NCBI GenBank assembly: GCA_035530395.1
Contig: DATKUX010000074.1
Coordinates: 1 to 61,206 of the forward strand
Length of the DNA: 61,206 nt
Source: Spirochaetia bacterium
GTDB taxonomy: Bacteria; Bacillota; Desulfotomaculia; Desulfotomaculales; JAJYZD01
Direction of reading: 5' to 3'
Below are positions 20,642-29,607 of this stretch, piece after piece. Positions within the stretch are counted from its first letter, which is position 1. Each line of letters starts with the position of its first letter. The notes beneath the pieces are model-generated. The model worked only from the letters and a program-made list of their open reading frames with translations. It was not told where the DNA came from and searched no databases. The translations under genes were made by a program, and so were the position numbers.

Positions 20642-21076
20642 ATTCTTCGACGATGAGAAACCTCGTTATTTTGCTCCGGAGGTTAACAGCTCAGGAGGGG
20701 ATTGCTTGTTAACCATACATGATTTTCTAAATATGGTTTCAACTTTAACCAGTCGTAAGACCTAAACCCTGTGGCCCTCTTAACTATACCGAGACCTTGC
20801 AATGTGTTCTCCTGTAGGTGCGGTCGCGCGGCAGCTAGATCCTGAATTCCTGAAACATCTCAGGCCGATGGTGATATCTCTATTGTGGGGTTTCCTTGGC
20901 TCCGGTCATGGGCCGTTGAGGGGTGGGGCGTAGCTATAGACTATATGAGGTTTAGCTGGATGATCATTCCCTGGAATGACTATCCTAAAATGTACATATA
21001 AGTACGTGTTTGGAGAAGTAGGTTAAGGCAATCGTAGTCAAATCAATCTATAATGGCATAAGGAGCAGAGCGCTTT

Positions 21077-21442
21077 ATGAAGGATAGCAGTTACACTATA
21101 AATTGCCTCAAGGATATTGTCAAGGTATTTTGCGAAGAAAGGGATTGGGACAAATTCCACAATCCTAAGGATTTGGCTATTGGTATTGTTACTGAAGCGT
21201 CCGAGGTGATAGAGCACTTTCGCTTCAAGTCGCTAGAAGAGATAGAAACAATGTTTAGTGATAAAGATAAAAAACAGGAGATTGCCGAAGAGCTAAGTGA
21301 TGTATTGTTTTTCGTGTTAAGATTTGCACAGATGTACAATATTGATTTAAGTGCTGAATTTCTTGCAAAGATCGAGAAAAATCAAGCAAGATACCCTGTT
21401 GTAAAATGTAAAGGGTCGAACAAAAAGTATACGGAGGCTTAA
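21077..21442 (+). CDS. MazG-like nucleoside triphosphate pyrophosphohydrolase (dCTPase/DCTPP1-like, all-alpha NTP-PPase)
   Basis: ERDWDKFHNPKDLAIGIVTEASEVIEHF...EELSDVLFFVLRFA...EKNQARYP matches the MazG/DCTPP1 EExxE/D core. RBS AAGGAG is present. AT-rich. Confidence 0.75.
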   Translation: MKDSSYTINCLKDIVKVFCEERDWDKFHNPKDLAIGIVTEASEVIEHFRFKSLEEIETMFSDKDKKQEIAEELSDVLFFVLRFAQMYNIDLSAEFLAKIEKNQARYPVVKCKGSNKKYTEA

Positions 21443-21447
21443 CTTTA

Positions 21448-23322
21448 ATGAGGCTTTATGTTGGTACTTCTGAACAATTTATACAGGACAACGTCTTAAA
21501 TCAAATTGCAGAAAAATTAAAAAATACTTTTTTCGGTTATTATAGGTACTATCCCTCGCCATCAGAAGTTAGTTCCTGGAGGAACTCTTTAAGAACTATG
21601 TCGCAAATGATACAATATGCAGATCTTTTGGATAACGGTGTCATCCTAGAGTATCAGCTACCGTTGACATCAAAGAGACTGGACTGTCTGATTTCGGGAA
21701 GAGATACAGATAGCAATGATTCCGCAGTTATAGTCGAGCTCAAACAATGGGAGGGGTGTCAAGAATCTAATGGTGAAAACGAGGTTGTCACGTGGATTGG
21801 TGGGCATTACCGAGATGTGCTTCATCCCTCTGTTCAAGTAGGACAATATAATATGTACTTGCAGGATACCCATACTGCGTTTTACGAAGGTGAAAACCCT
21901 GTTCGACTCAATTCATGCACATATTTACACAATTACAACTATTACTCAGATGATGTCATTTTCTCTAGAAAATTTACGGATGCTCTGCAAAAATACCCAC
22001 TTTTTACGGCCGATGATGTGCCGTCTTTTAAGACATATCTCAGTGACAAACTTTCCATGGGTAATGGAATGGAAGTTCTTAATAGAATTGAGAAAGGCGA
22101 ATACCGTCCGAGTAAAAAGCTGATGGAGCATATTGGTAATACGATAAAAGGTAAATCAGAATATATTTTACTCGACGAGCAATTGGTCGTGTACGATAAA
22201 GTATTGGCCTGTGTAAAAGATGGCTTTCACGACAAGCAAAAGGCTGTCTTTATAATTAAAGGTGGGCCAGGGACAGGCAAATCCGTAATTGCTTTGAACC
22301 TGGTCGCAGATTTATTGCTTTCCGGCTACAATGCGCACTATGCCACCGGCTCAAAGGCGTTTACGGAAACGCTGAGGAAAATAATGGGGACAAGGAGTCC
22401 AACTCAGTTTAAGTATTTTAACAGTTACTCACAATGTGCTATTAACGAAATAGATGTGCTAATATGCGACGAGGCTCACAGAATTAGAGAGTCGAGTAAT
22501 AGCTTCTACACTCCAAAAGGCAGTAAGTCCAATATTGCTCAAATCCAAGAAATACTTAAGGCCGCTAAGTCAAGTGTCTTTTTTATCGACGACGCCCAGG
22601 TAGTTAGGCCTAATGAAGTTGGCTCGGTTCAATATATTAAGCATCATGCCGATACACTCAAATGTAGGGTTCTTGAATACGAATTGGAGGCCCAATTTAG
22701 ATGTAGTGGCTCCGACGGCTTTGTTAATTGGGTAGACAACACTTTGGGGATAAGGAGGACTGCTAACATCCTTTGGAATCAAAAAGAGGAATCGTTTGAT
22801 TTAAAGATCATGGGTTCTCCTGAAATGTTAGAAGATGCGATTAGAGAAATGGCCGAAAATGGGTTTACCGCAAGGATGACGGCAGGATTCTGCTGGCGAT
22901 GGTCAAAAACGTTGACGCCTGAGGGAAGGTTGCACAATGATGTTGTGGTTGGTAACTATGCGCGTCCGTGGAACGCACATCCAGACGCTACCGGGCTTCC
23001 GAGGAATATTCCCAAGGCGTCATATTGGGCCTATGACCATAATGGAATTGGTCAAGTAGGATGTGTTTATACGGCACAAGGGTTTGAGTTCGATTATGTT
23101 GGTGTAATTGTTGGTAATGACCTAAAGTACAGCTTTGAGGCCAATGAGTGGCAGGGGTTTCCGGAAAAATCGTATGATACTACGGTAAAGCGTTCTAAGG
23201 ATCAGTTTGTTGACCTAGTAAAGAATACATATCGGGTTCTTTTTACAAGAGGCCTCAAAGGATGCTATGTATATTTTATGGATAAGGATTCTGAGAGATT
23301 CTTTCGAAGTCGGATGGAGTAA
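21448..23322 (+). CDS. DUF2075-family protein: N-terminal PD-(D/E)xK-like nuclease module + SF1 helicase-like P-loop ATPase
   Basis: RLDCLISG...AVIVELKQW (D...ExK), Walker A GGPGTGKS, Walker B VLICDEAHR, C-terminal YTAQGFEFDYVGVI. Starts 6 nt after the MazG stop, so likely operonic. Confidence 0.8.
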   Translation: MRLYVGTSEQFIQDNVLNQIAEKLKNTFFGYYRYYPSPSEVSSWRNSLRTMSQMIQYADLLDNGVILEYQLPLTSKRLDCLISGRDTDSNDSAVIVELKQWEGCQESNGENEVVTWIGGHYRDVLHPSVQVGQYNMYLQDTHTAFYEGENPVRLNSCTYLHNYNYYSDDVIFSRKFTDALQKYPLFTADDVPSFKTYLSDKLSMGNGMEVLNRIEKGEYRPSKKLMEHIGNTIKGKSEYILLDEQLVVYDKVLACVKDGFHDKQKAVFIIKGGPGTGKSVIALNLVADLLLSGYNAHYATGSKAFTETLRKIMGTRSPTQFKYFNSYSQCAINEIDVLICDEAHRIRESSNSFYTPKGSKSNIAQIQEILKAAKSSVFFIDDAQVVRPNEVGSVQYIKHHADTLKCRVLEYELEAQFRCSGSDGFVNWVDNTLGIRRTANILWNQKEESFDLKIMGSPEMLEDAIREMAENGFTARMTAGFCWRWSKTLTPEGRLHNDVVVGNYARPWNAHPDATGLPRNIPKASYWAYDHNGIGQVGCVYTAQGFEFDYVGVIVGNDLKYSFEANEWQGFPEKSYDTTVKRSKDQFVDLVKNTYRVLFTRGLKGCYVYFMDKDSERFFRSRME

Positions 23323-23766
23323 GACGGGCGGAGATAGGATTGGATGGCTGATCAAGATAAGTGGTCAGTACTCTGAAGGCCCTATGAGATCACAAAATTA
23401 GGATTTGATAAGAGACTTATAGCTATCAATGATTCCGCTGCGAAAAGTACGATTTTCCCGAAGGACATCCCAAGTATAGTGGCGCGCATTCACCTGGACC
23501 CCTATAGGGGGTATCCGCCGCGTGAGCGAAGGGGTTTTCGCAGTAGAATCATCAATATTCCCCACTTGGTTTTTTGCGTTCAATAGCCTGGATATTAGAA
23601 TTTTGCTAGTAATAAGAGGTAAAAAATTATTGCCGGGGTCTCTGGGTTAAAAGGATAGATCCAGGAATCCTCCTCCTGGAGAGCGGTAGAGATGGTCTTC
23701 CCGGTTCATGTCAATCATGAAGAGAACTCTGGAACTAGCCAATGGCAAGGTTTCAAGGGTTCGGTT

Positions 23767-23898
23767 GTGGTCTGCATGTTGGTCTGCATGGGGGCCTATT
23801 TTTGGTCTGCCGATTGGTCTGCATAGTACCGGAAACCCGCAGAAACACAGGGTTCCTTGCGGAACCCTGTCTAGCCACTCCCTATGTATTTGGTCTGC
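23767..23898. repeat. five direct copies of a 9-bp motif (T/G)TGGTCTGC (GCAGACCAA on the tRNA strand)
   Basis: Copies at 23767-75, 23779-87, 23802-10, 23814-22 and 23890-98, plus hairpin CAGGGTTCC/GGAACCCTG at ~23849-23869. All lie immediately 3' of tRNA-Pro. Confidence 0.8.
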
Positions 23899-23945
23899 TA
23901 TGTAAATGTAAGAAGCCTTGATTCTCAAGGCTTCCCGGATTCGCT

Positions 23946-24023
23946 TGGTCGGGATGACAGGACTTGAACCTGCGACCTCACGGTCCCGAACCGTGCGCTC
24001 TAGCCAAACTGAGCTACATCCCG
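23946..24023 (-). tRNA. tRNA-Pro (anticodon CGG), CCA encoded
   Basis: Reverse complement CGGGATGTAGCTCAGTTTGGCTAGAGCGCACGGTTCGGGACCGTGAGGTCGCAGGTTCAAGTCCTGTCATCCCGACCA folds as a cloverleaf (7-bp acceptor, D, anticodon loop TTCGGGA, TPsiC GGTTCAAGT). A hairpin follows at ~23912-23934. Confidence 0.9.
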
Positions 24024-24126
24024 GTGAGATAGTTGTCTCGGCTCCTCTAACATTATGCCTCAGACTGGGGTAGAAAGTCAAGCCGCAACCGCCGGGAATC
24101 GACCCGGACATAATCGGTAACCGGGG

Positions 24127-24807
24127 TCAGCCGTCGATTTCCCTATCCGTAATCTTCCGTGCCAAGTCATAAACCAGCCTGGCCGTTATTCCCCAGATGA
24201 CCCCTTTTTCCGTCCTATAGACAAGGATATTGTGCCTCCGGCCATGCCAGGGTTCGGTGTACTTGGCGGGCAGTCCCAATTCCCGGGCCGGCAGGAGGAC
24301 GACTTCCTTACCGGTCTCCTCATCGAAGTAAGAAGGGTGGATTTCTATATCCACCTCATATCCCTCCGGCAGGGTATGGAGAAAATAAGATACGGGAACT
24401 GTGAAGATAGACTCTACTTCGAGCGGGTTGACCTTCAGTTCTTTCAGGTTACCGATACGGGCGACTCCTACGAAGGCGTCCACAGTGGTGCCCATCGGCG
24501 CCACCATTGTATCCAACACACCGATAATATCTAGCTTGTCCGCAGTAATGCCAAGCTCTTCAGCCGTTTCGCGGACTGCTGTCTCCTGGAAATCAGCGTC
24601 TTGTTTTTCATCGTATTCCCCGCCGGGAAAACAAATTTCACCGCCCTGTCTTATGGCGGAGGCTCTTTTCTCGAACAGAAAGTGATATTCTCCGCCGATG
24701 GGGACGAGCAACACCAACACAGCCGAATTGAAATACTCGTCCTTGCCGTGAATGCCTGGGGTTTTCGGTAATTTATCTTTGATTTCGTCCAATAAATCCC
24801 TTTTCAT
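24127..24807 (-). CDS. NUDIX hydrolase (CoA pyrophosphatase-like)
   Basis: Nudix box GGEICFPGGEYDEKQDADFQETAVRETAEELG. Start chosen at ATG 24807 (MKRDLLDE). Confidence 0.75.
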   Translation of the reverse strand: MKRDLLDEIKDKLPKTPGIHGKDEYFNSAVLVLLVPIGGEYHFLFEKRASAIRQGGEICFPGGEYDEKQDADFQETAVRETAEELGITADKLDIIGVLDTMVAPMGTTVDAFVGVARIGNLKELKVNPLEVESIFTVPVSYFLHTLPEGYEVDIEIHPSYFDEETGKEVVLLPARELGLPAKYTEPWHGRRHNILVYRTEKGVIWGITARLVYDLARKITDREIDG

Positions 24808-24887
24808 GAGCCAGCCACCTGTCCTACGGCCAAATCGTATCACCCGGCATTAGTTTTCCCGCAAAAGTATTCTTTCCCGGGCCCGGC

Positions 24888-26111
24888 TCAACCGCCGGCA
24901 TAGTAGGCCAGTACCTTTTTGACGGCCTGGATGACAGCATCGACATCTTCTTCCTGCATAGCCGGATAGATCGGCAGGCTGATCAGGTTGGCGTAAGCCT
25001 CTTCGGTGTGGACGAAGGGGTTCTCCAGGGCACAGAACTCCGGGTGACCGATCCAGCGCTGATAGGGATGGCGAAATACGGGGAGGTAATGCACGTCGAG
25101 CGAGATGTTTTCCGCCCGGACGGCCTCAAAAATCTCCCGGCGGCCGGCCTTGAGGCGGGATGCAACCAGGCGTACCGGGTAGAGGTAATGGGCATCGCCG
25201 GTCGCCGGGGTCCGGGGGGGCAGGATCAGCGGCTCATCCCGGAAGGCTTCGTCGTAACGGGCGGCGATTGCACCCCGTCGGGACAGAAAATCGCCGGCCC
25301 GCTCCATCTGGCTGGCGCCCAGGGCCGCCTCCAAAGGACCGAGGCGATAGCTGAAGCCCAGGTCCTGCATTTCCCGGTGCCAGGGGCCTTCGTTCGCCAC
25401 CAGGCCGGCCGGGTCTTCCACTAGCCCGAGGTTGCGGAAAAGCCGCAGCCAGTCGGCCAGGTCGGCCCGGTCGGTTACCACCGCCCCGCCTTCCCCGGTG
25501 CAGACCCCCTGACGGTGATGAAAGCCGAGGCAGGAGATCTCGCCGAAGGAGCCGGCCGGGTGACCGTTATAGGTGGCTCCCAGAGCCTGGGTGGCGTCCT
25601 CGATCAGGGTCAGGTTGCGGCGGGCCGCCAGTTCGGCGATAGCATCCATATCACAGGGACGGCCGGCGTAGTGAAAAGCAATGACCGCCTTGCTGCGTTC
25701 GGTGAGGACCTGTTCGACCGCGGCCGGATCCATGGTAAGGGTCCGCGGGTCGACGTCGGCGAAGATGGGGACGGCCCCCATGTAGAGAACGGCGTTGGCG
25801 GCCGCCGGTGGAGCCAGGGGCGACAGCACGACCTCTTCCTGGGGTCCGATGGCGGCCGCGGCCAAGGCCAGATGCAGGGCGGCGGTCCCGCTGGCGACAG
25901 CTACCGCGTAGCGCCGGCCGGTGTAGGCGGCCAGTTTCTCCTCTAACATGTCCAGCCATGGCTGGACCACGAGATCTCCCTGCAGGGCCTGCTGCACCAT
26001 TGCTGTGTCCTTTACGTTGAGCGATGGACGGGCAAAAGGCAACAATTCGGGGCGGACCGGCCGGCCACCGGCTATAGCGGGCGTGGTGTCTCCTTGCGGC
26101 ATCACTGCCAT
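24888..26111 (-). CDS. DegT/DnrJ/EryC1/StrS-family PLP-dependent sugar aminotransferase
   Basis: Family-typical AVASGTAALHLAL, LIEDATQALGA and SFHHRQ regions. Confidence 0.8.
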   Translation of the reverse strand: MAVMPQGDTTPAIAGGRPVRPELLPFARPSLNVKDTAMVQQALQGDLVVQPWLDMLEEKLAAYTGRRYAVAVASGTAALHLALAAAAIGPQEEVVLSPLAPPAAANAVLYMGAVPIFADVDPRTLTMDPAAVEQVLTERSKAVIAFHYAGRPCDMDAIAELAARRNLTLIEDATQALGATYNGHPAGSFGEISCLGFHHRQGVCTGEGGAVVTDRADLADWLRLFRNLGLVEDPAGLVANEGPWHREMQDLGFSYRLGPLEAALGASQMERAGDFLSRRGAIAARYDEAFRDEPLILPPRTPATGDAHYLYPVRLVASRLKAGRREIFEAVRAENISLDVHYLPVFRHPYQRWIGHPEFCALENPFVHTEEAYANLISLPIYPAMQEEDVDAVIQAVKKVLAYYAGG

Positions 26112-26119
26112 CTCCCTTG

Positions 26120-27217
26120 CTAGATCCTTACCAGTTCGTAATCCCGCGTACCTAGGCCCATGGCCTGGGCGTAGGCGAGTTGCCGCTCCCAGTCGACGGT
26201 AGGGTAGAGGGTCCGGAATTTATCCGTGCCGGGCGCCAGGCCGGCCAGACGACCGTCCGGCAGGGCCGCCTCCTGGTTGACCAGGTCAACGGCAGCCTGA
26301 TCCAGAGCGACAGGGTCCAGGGAAGCCAGGATACCGATGTTGCGCACGATGGGGGCGTCGCTCCAGTTACAGCAGTCGCAGTCAGGAGAGACGTTGGTGA
26401 CGAAGGACAAAAAGCCGGCTTTGCCCGTCTTGTTGGCGAGAACCCCCATGGCGTGTTCCACGATCTTCTCCTGGATGACGTCCGGTTCTGTTTTCCAGTT
26501 GATGGCAATAGCGTGCTCGCCGCAGGTAACCGTGCATTCCCCGCAGCCAATACACTTGTCCTGGTCAATCCGGTTCTTCTTCTCCACTACCAAAGCCGCG
26601 CCGGTAGGGCACCAGCGGTTGCATTTGCCACAGCCGGTGCACTTTTCCTCGTCCACCACGGGGAGCACGTCCGAATGCATCATCTGTTTGCCGGCCCGCG
26701 AGCCGCAGCCCATTCCCAGGTTTTTCAGGACCCCTCCGAAGCCGGTCGCCTCGTGGCCCTTGAAGTGGGTTACCGCTATGAGGGCGTCGGCATACACCAC
26801 GGCACTGCCGATCTTGACCTCGCGGAAATGCTTGCCTTCGATGGGAACATTCACGGCATCTTTGCCGGTCAGGCCGTCGGCTATGATGACCGGGGCACCG
26901 GCCACGGCAAAATCAAAGCCGTTCAAGACGGCCGACTGGAGGTGGTCTACCGCGTTGGCGCGGCGCCCTACATACAGGGTGTTGGCATCGGTCAGGAAGG
27001 GCTTGGCGCCGAGTTTCACCAGCCGGTCGACCAGCCGGCGGACATACTGGGCCCGCACGTAGCCCGTGTTGCCAGGTTCGCCGAAATGGATCTTGATGGC
27101 CACCAGATCGCCCTTGTCTATGAACTGGTCCATGCCGCTGGCGGTGATCAGGCGGTCGACCTTGCGCAAGAGACTCTCCTGTCCTGTCTTGAGGTCGGCC
27201 ATATATACCTTGGCCAC
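26120..27217 (-). CDS. DUF362 domain protein with two 4Fe-4S ferredoxin motifs
   Basis: GTG 27217 after GGGGGAG. VAIKIHFGEPGNT, TDANTLY, HFKGHEATGFGG and GMGC, plus CTGCGKCNRWCP and CIGCGECTVTCG. Confidence 0.8.
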   Translation of the reverse strand: MAKVYMADLKTGQESLLRKVDRLITASGMDQFIDKGDLVAIKIHFGEPGNTGYVRAQYVRRLVDRLVKLGAKPFLTDANTLYVGRRANAVDHLQSAVLNGFDFAVAGAPVIIADGLTGKDAVNVPIEGKHFREVKIGSAVVYADALIAVTHFKGHEATGFGGVLKNLGMGCGSRAGKQMMHSDVLPVVDEEKCTGCGKCNRWCPTGAALVVEKKNRIDQDKCIGCGECTVTCGEHAIAINWKTEPDVIQEKIVEHAMGVLANKTGKAGFLSFVTNVSPDCDCCNWSDAPIVRNIGILASLDPVALDQAAVDLVNQEAALPDGRLAGLAPGTDKFRTLYPTVDWERQLAYAQAMGLGTRDYELVRI

Positions 27218-27242
27218 AAAAACTCCCCCTTTTCGCATTTGG

Positions 27243-27851
27243 CTATCTGCCGGCTGCTTCTATCAGATCGTTGGCCAGTTCCTGTCCCAGTACCCAGAGA
27301 GCGGCGGTGCTTAGGCTGGCCGGGGCTACCGTATCGAAAAGAATATTGGTGCGGGCGGAAAATTCCTCGTCCTGTTCCCAGAGCACCACCGCCAGCGGGA
27401 GACGAGGCAAGGCTTCGACAACGAAGGAACGGTGGCCGAGGGTAAGGGCCCGTCCGCCCAAAAGCCGCCCCGCTTCCGTAAATGATTCACCCCGGCTGCC
27501 GAAGGACAGGGCCAGGGGGTTGAGAACCTGCTCCAGGAAGGGAACATGGTGCAAGACACCTTCCGGCAACTCCAGGAAGGCGAGCCATTGTCCCCGGGGA
27601 GGCAGGCCGCTGGCGCAGGCGAGATACTGCAGGATCAGGGTGGCAGCGTTAAAGGCAGCCGGACGGCCCGCCGGGTCCAGAACTCCGGCGGTAGCACTGA
27701 CCAGGTAGCGCTTACCGAGGTAGGATATGGACAGTTCCTCTTTCTGCTTGTCCCAGGCAGCGCCGCCGGCGCGGGCCATGGCCGCGGGATCGCCCCTCCG
27801 AAAAATGTCCCAGGCCACGGATAGAGCGTCCGGTCTCTTCTTTCCGGTCAT
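27243..27851 (-). CDS. DUF3786-like protein
   Basis: ~200 aa. N-terminal AL..AWDIF...DP..MA...G and overall layout recall DUF3786. Recognition is tentative. Confidence 0.4.
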   Translation of the reverse strand: MTGKKRPDALSVAWDIFRRGDPAAMARAGGAAWDKQKEELSISYLGKRYLVSATAGVLDPAGRPAAFNAATLILQYLACASGLPPRGQWLAFLELPEGVLHHVPFLEQVLNPLALSFGSRGESFTEAGRLLGGRALTLGHRSFVVEALPRLPLAVVLWEQDEEFSARTNILFDTVAPASLSTAALWVLGQELANDLIEAAGR

Positions 27852-27864
27852 CAGGCGAGCCCCC

Positions 27865-28437
27865 TCACCGCAAGAAATATTTCAGCAGGATGACGGCCAG
27901 GGCCAAAAACAGGAAGAGGTACAGAACCATGCCCAGCCCGCCGAAGGAAGTCATGGCCCGCAGCACCACACCCTGTTCCTCGGCCTGGCGCCGCATCTCC
28001 CCGTACACGTTCAGCTGGCCCATGGCGTCCATGGCTAACCGGTCGGCCAAGTCCGGCTCACCCCGGTTCTTCAGCATACTGGCCACCGTCCGGTCAAGCC
28101 AGGCCTGTCTTCCTTCCCCGCTCAAGCCGGTATACTTTTCCCGGAGCAGAAACTTGAAATCCCTTTCCCGCGGCTTCAGACGGCCGAAGTAGAAACGGCG
28201 GCCACTGCGGCCTAGTTCCCGCAGGGTTGAGGAGAGAATCTCCTGATCCTGGTCCGGCAGGGTAAAGGCTTCCGCCAGGACGGCGACAATCTCCCTCGAC
28301 AAAATACCAGTCCTTCCTTCAGGCACTGCATAATCCCTTTCCATATAGTCTTCGCCCGGAAGGTAATGAATTCCTTGTTTGCTCCCGGGGGTGAACATTT
28401 TCAGGGGCGGGACCTCCTGGTCAGGACGGGCCGGCAA
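27865..28437 (-). CDS. hypothetical protein with C-terminal transmembrane anchor
   Basis: Co-oriented and tightly packed in the operon. Hydrophobic tail GGLGMVLYLFLFLALAVILL. No recognisable family. Confidence 0.45.
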   Translation of the reverse strand: MPARPDQEVPPLKMFTPGSKQGIHYLPGEDYMERDYAVPEGRTGILSREIVAVLAEAFTLPDQDQEILSSTLRELGRSGRRFYFGRLKPRERDFKFLLREKYTGLSGEGRQAWLDRTVASMLKNRGEPDLADRLAMDAMGQLNVYGEMRRQAEEQGVVLRAMTSFGGLGMVLYLFLFLALAVILLKYFLR

Positions 28438-28439
28438 GG

Positions 28440-29483
28440 TCAGCGGACCGGAACCGGACCGGTCGGATCATCCCGGCCTTGTTGCAACAGAAGGGAAGAG
28501 GTGAGGACAAAGAAGGCCGCCTCCGCGCAAAACCAGGATCCCGCGTGGGCGTCGACATAAGCCTGTTGCACGAAGAGCAGCTTTTCCCGGGCCCTGAGGC
28601 AGCCACCCTGCCGGGCGGCCCAGTAGGCGAGAATAACCCAGGGGAAGTCGGGCGGCCGGATCTGGGTCCACTGGGGCTGATAGCGGTTGAAGTCGCGGTA
28701 AAGCTGGAAGGCGCGGGGGGAAGCGGGGCTGATCAAGCCGTAGAGGGCCGGGAAGATCTGGCAGGTGGCGTCCGGGTAAAACTTCCGCCAGTTTACCCGT
28801 GGTCGCAGCAGCCCGGCCCCGGAGGGTTGGTAAACCTGACGGCGTGGATTCCAGAGCACCTTTTCGATACCGGCCTTGATTCTTGCGGCGCGGCCGCGGA
28901 AACAGGCCGCATGGTCATCCCCCAGTTCCGCCAGCAAGCCGGCAAAGTCGGCCAGTCCGCGGTAAGCCTCGCAGTTGTCCATCAGATATTTGACCCGGTA
29001 ATTGGCCAGGGCGAAGGTCAGGCCGTCGGTATCCATGAGGCCGGTGATGACCCCGGCCACCTTTTTCAGGGCCGGGAGGTTCTCCCCAACCCAGGTGTCT
29101 CCTGGACATACTTGATGATAGCGGGCGGCCAGGTAAAGAAATGTTCCTGCATAGGCGTCTTCCGAATCCGGCCGGCTAGTCCGCCCGCCAGAGCCGGCAT
29201 CATACTGATAGTCGCGGATGGTCCCGTTGTCCTCCAGGTGCCGGACGTACCAGTCCATGTAGCGCCGCACGAGCGGAGCGGTCGGTGGATCGTCCAGGAG
29301 GGCCAGGGCGGCGAAATTGGCAAAATACGGTTTGACCGTACCCTGATCCGGATAACTCCTTATCGCGCCGTCGGTAGCCTGGCCGGGTTCGAGGATCTGG
29401 CAGTCCTTGAGCCAGTTAATCTGCTCGGCCCGGAGCCTGGCCAGATGCCGGTCCGCGGATTCCCCTTGCTTGTCGCCCGTCAT
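28440..29483 (-). CDS. hypothetical protein, possibly (alpha/alpha)6-barrel glycosyl-hydrolase-like
   Basis: ATG 29483 after GGAGGGG. Helix-rich with W/Y/D-rich repeats (YFANFAALAL, GTFLYLAARY, NCEAYRGL). Family not recognised. Confidence 0.4.
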   Translation of the reverse strand: MTGDKQGESADRHLARLRAEQINWLKDCQILEPGQATDGAIRSYPDQGTVKPYFANFAALALLDDPPTAPLVRRYMDWYVRHLEDNGTIRDYQYDAGSGGRTSRPDSEDAYAGTFLYLAARYHQVCPGDTWVGENLPALKKVAGVITGLMDTDGLTFALANYRVKYLMDNCEAYRGLADFAGLLAELGDDHAACFRGRAARIKAGIEKVLWNPRRQVYQPSGAGLLRPRVNWRKFYPDATCQIFPALYGLISPASPRAFQLYRDFNRYQPQWTQIRPPDFPWVILAYWAARQGGCLRAREKLLFVQQAYVDAHAGSWFCAEAAFFVLTSSLLLQQGRDDPTGPVPVR

Positions 29484-29607
29484 TGTAACCCCTCCGTCGC
29501 CGGTGGTTTTCTTTATCCTATGGATTGGCCGCCCCTGGTGGTTACCGGTAGGGAAGGAAACCGGTAAGGGCTGGCGAATATCCACCCGTGAGAGGTGATA
29601 CGAACAT

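Noticed and set aside
23647-24111. 154-aa minus-strand ORF
   Set aside because: It runs straight through tRNA-Pro and the repeat/hairpin region. The translation is low complexity, so it is spurious.
26180-27445. 421-aa plus-strand ORF (and similar: 3140-4045 minus, 5037-5681 minus, 12627-13346 minus, 15552-16505 minus, 48473-49474 minus)
   Set aside because: Each is antisense to a confidently recognised gene (DUF362, MFP, RND, sleB, GH57, adk). High-GC DNA generates long open antisense frames, and the translations are Arg/Gly/Pro-rich nonsense.
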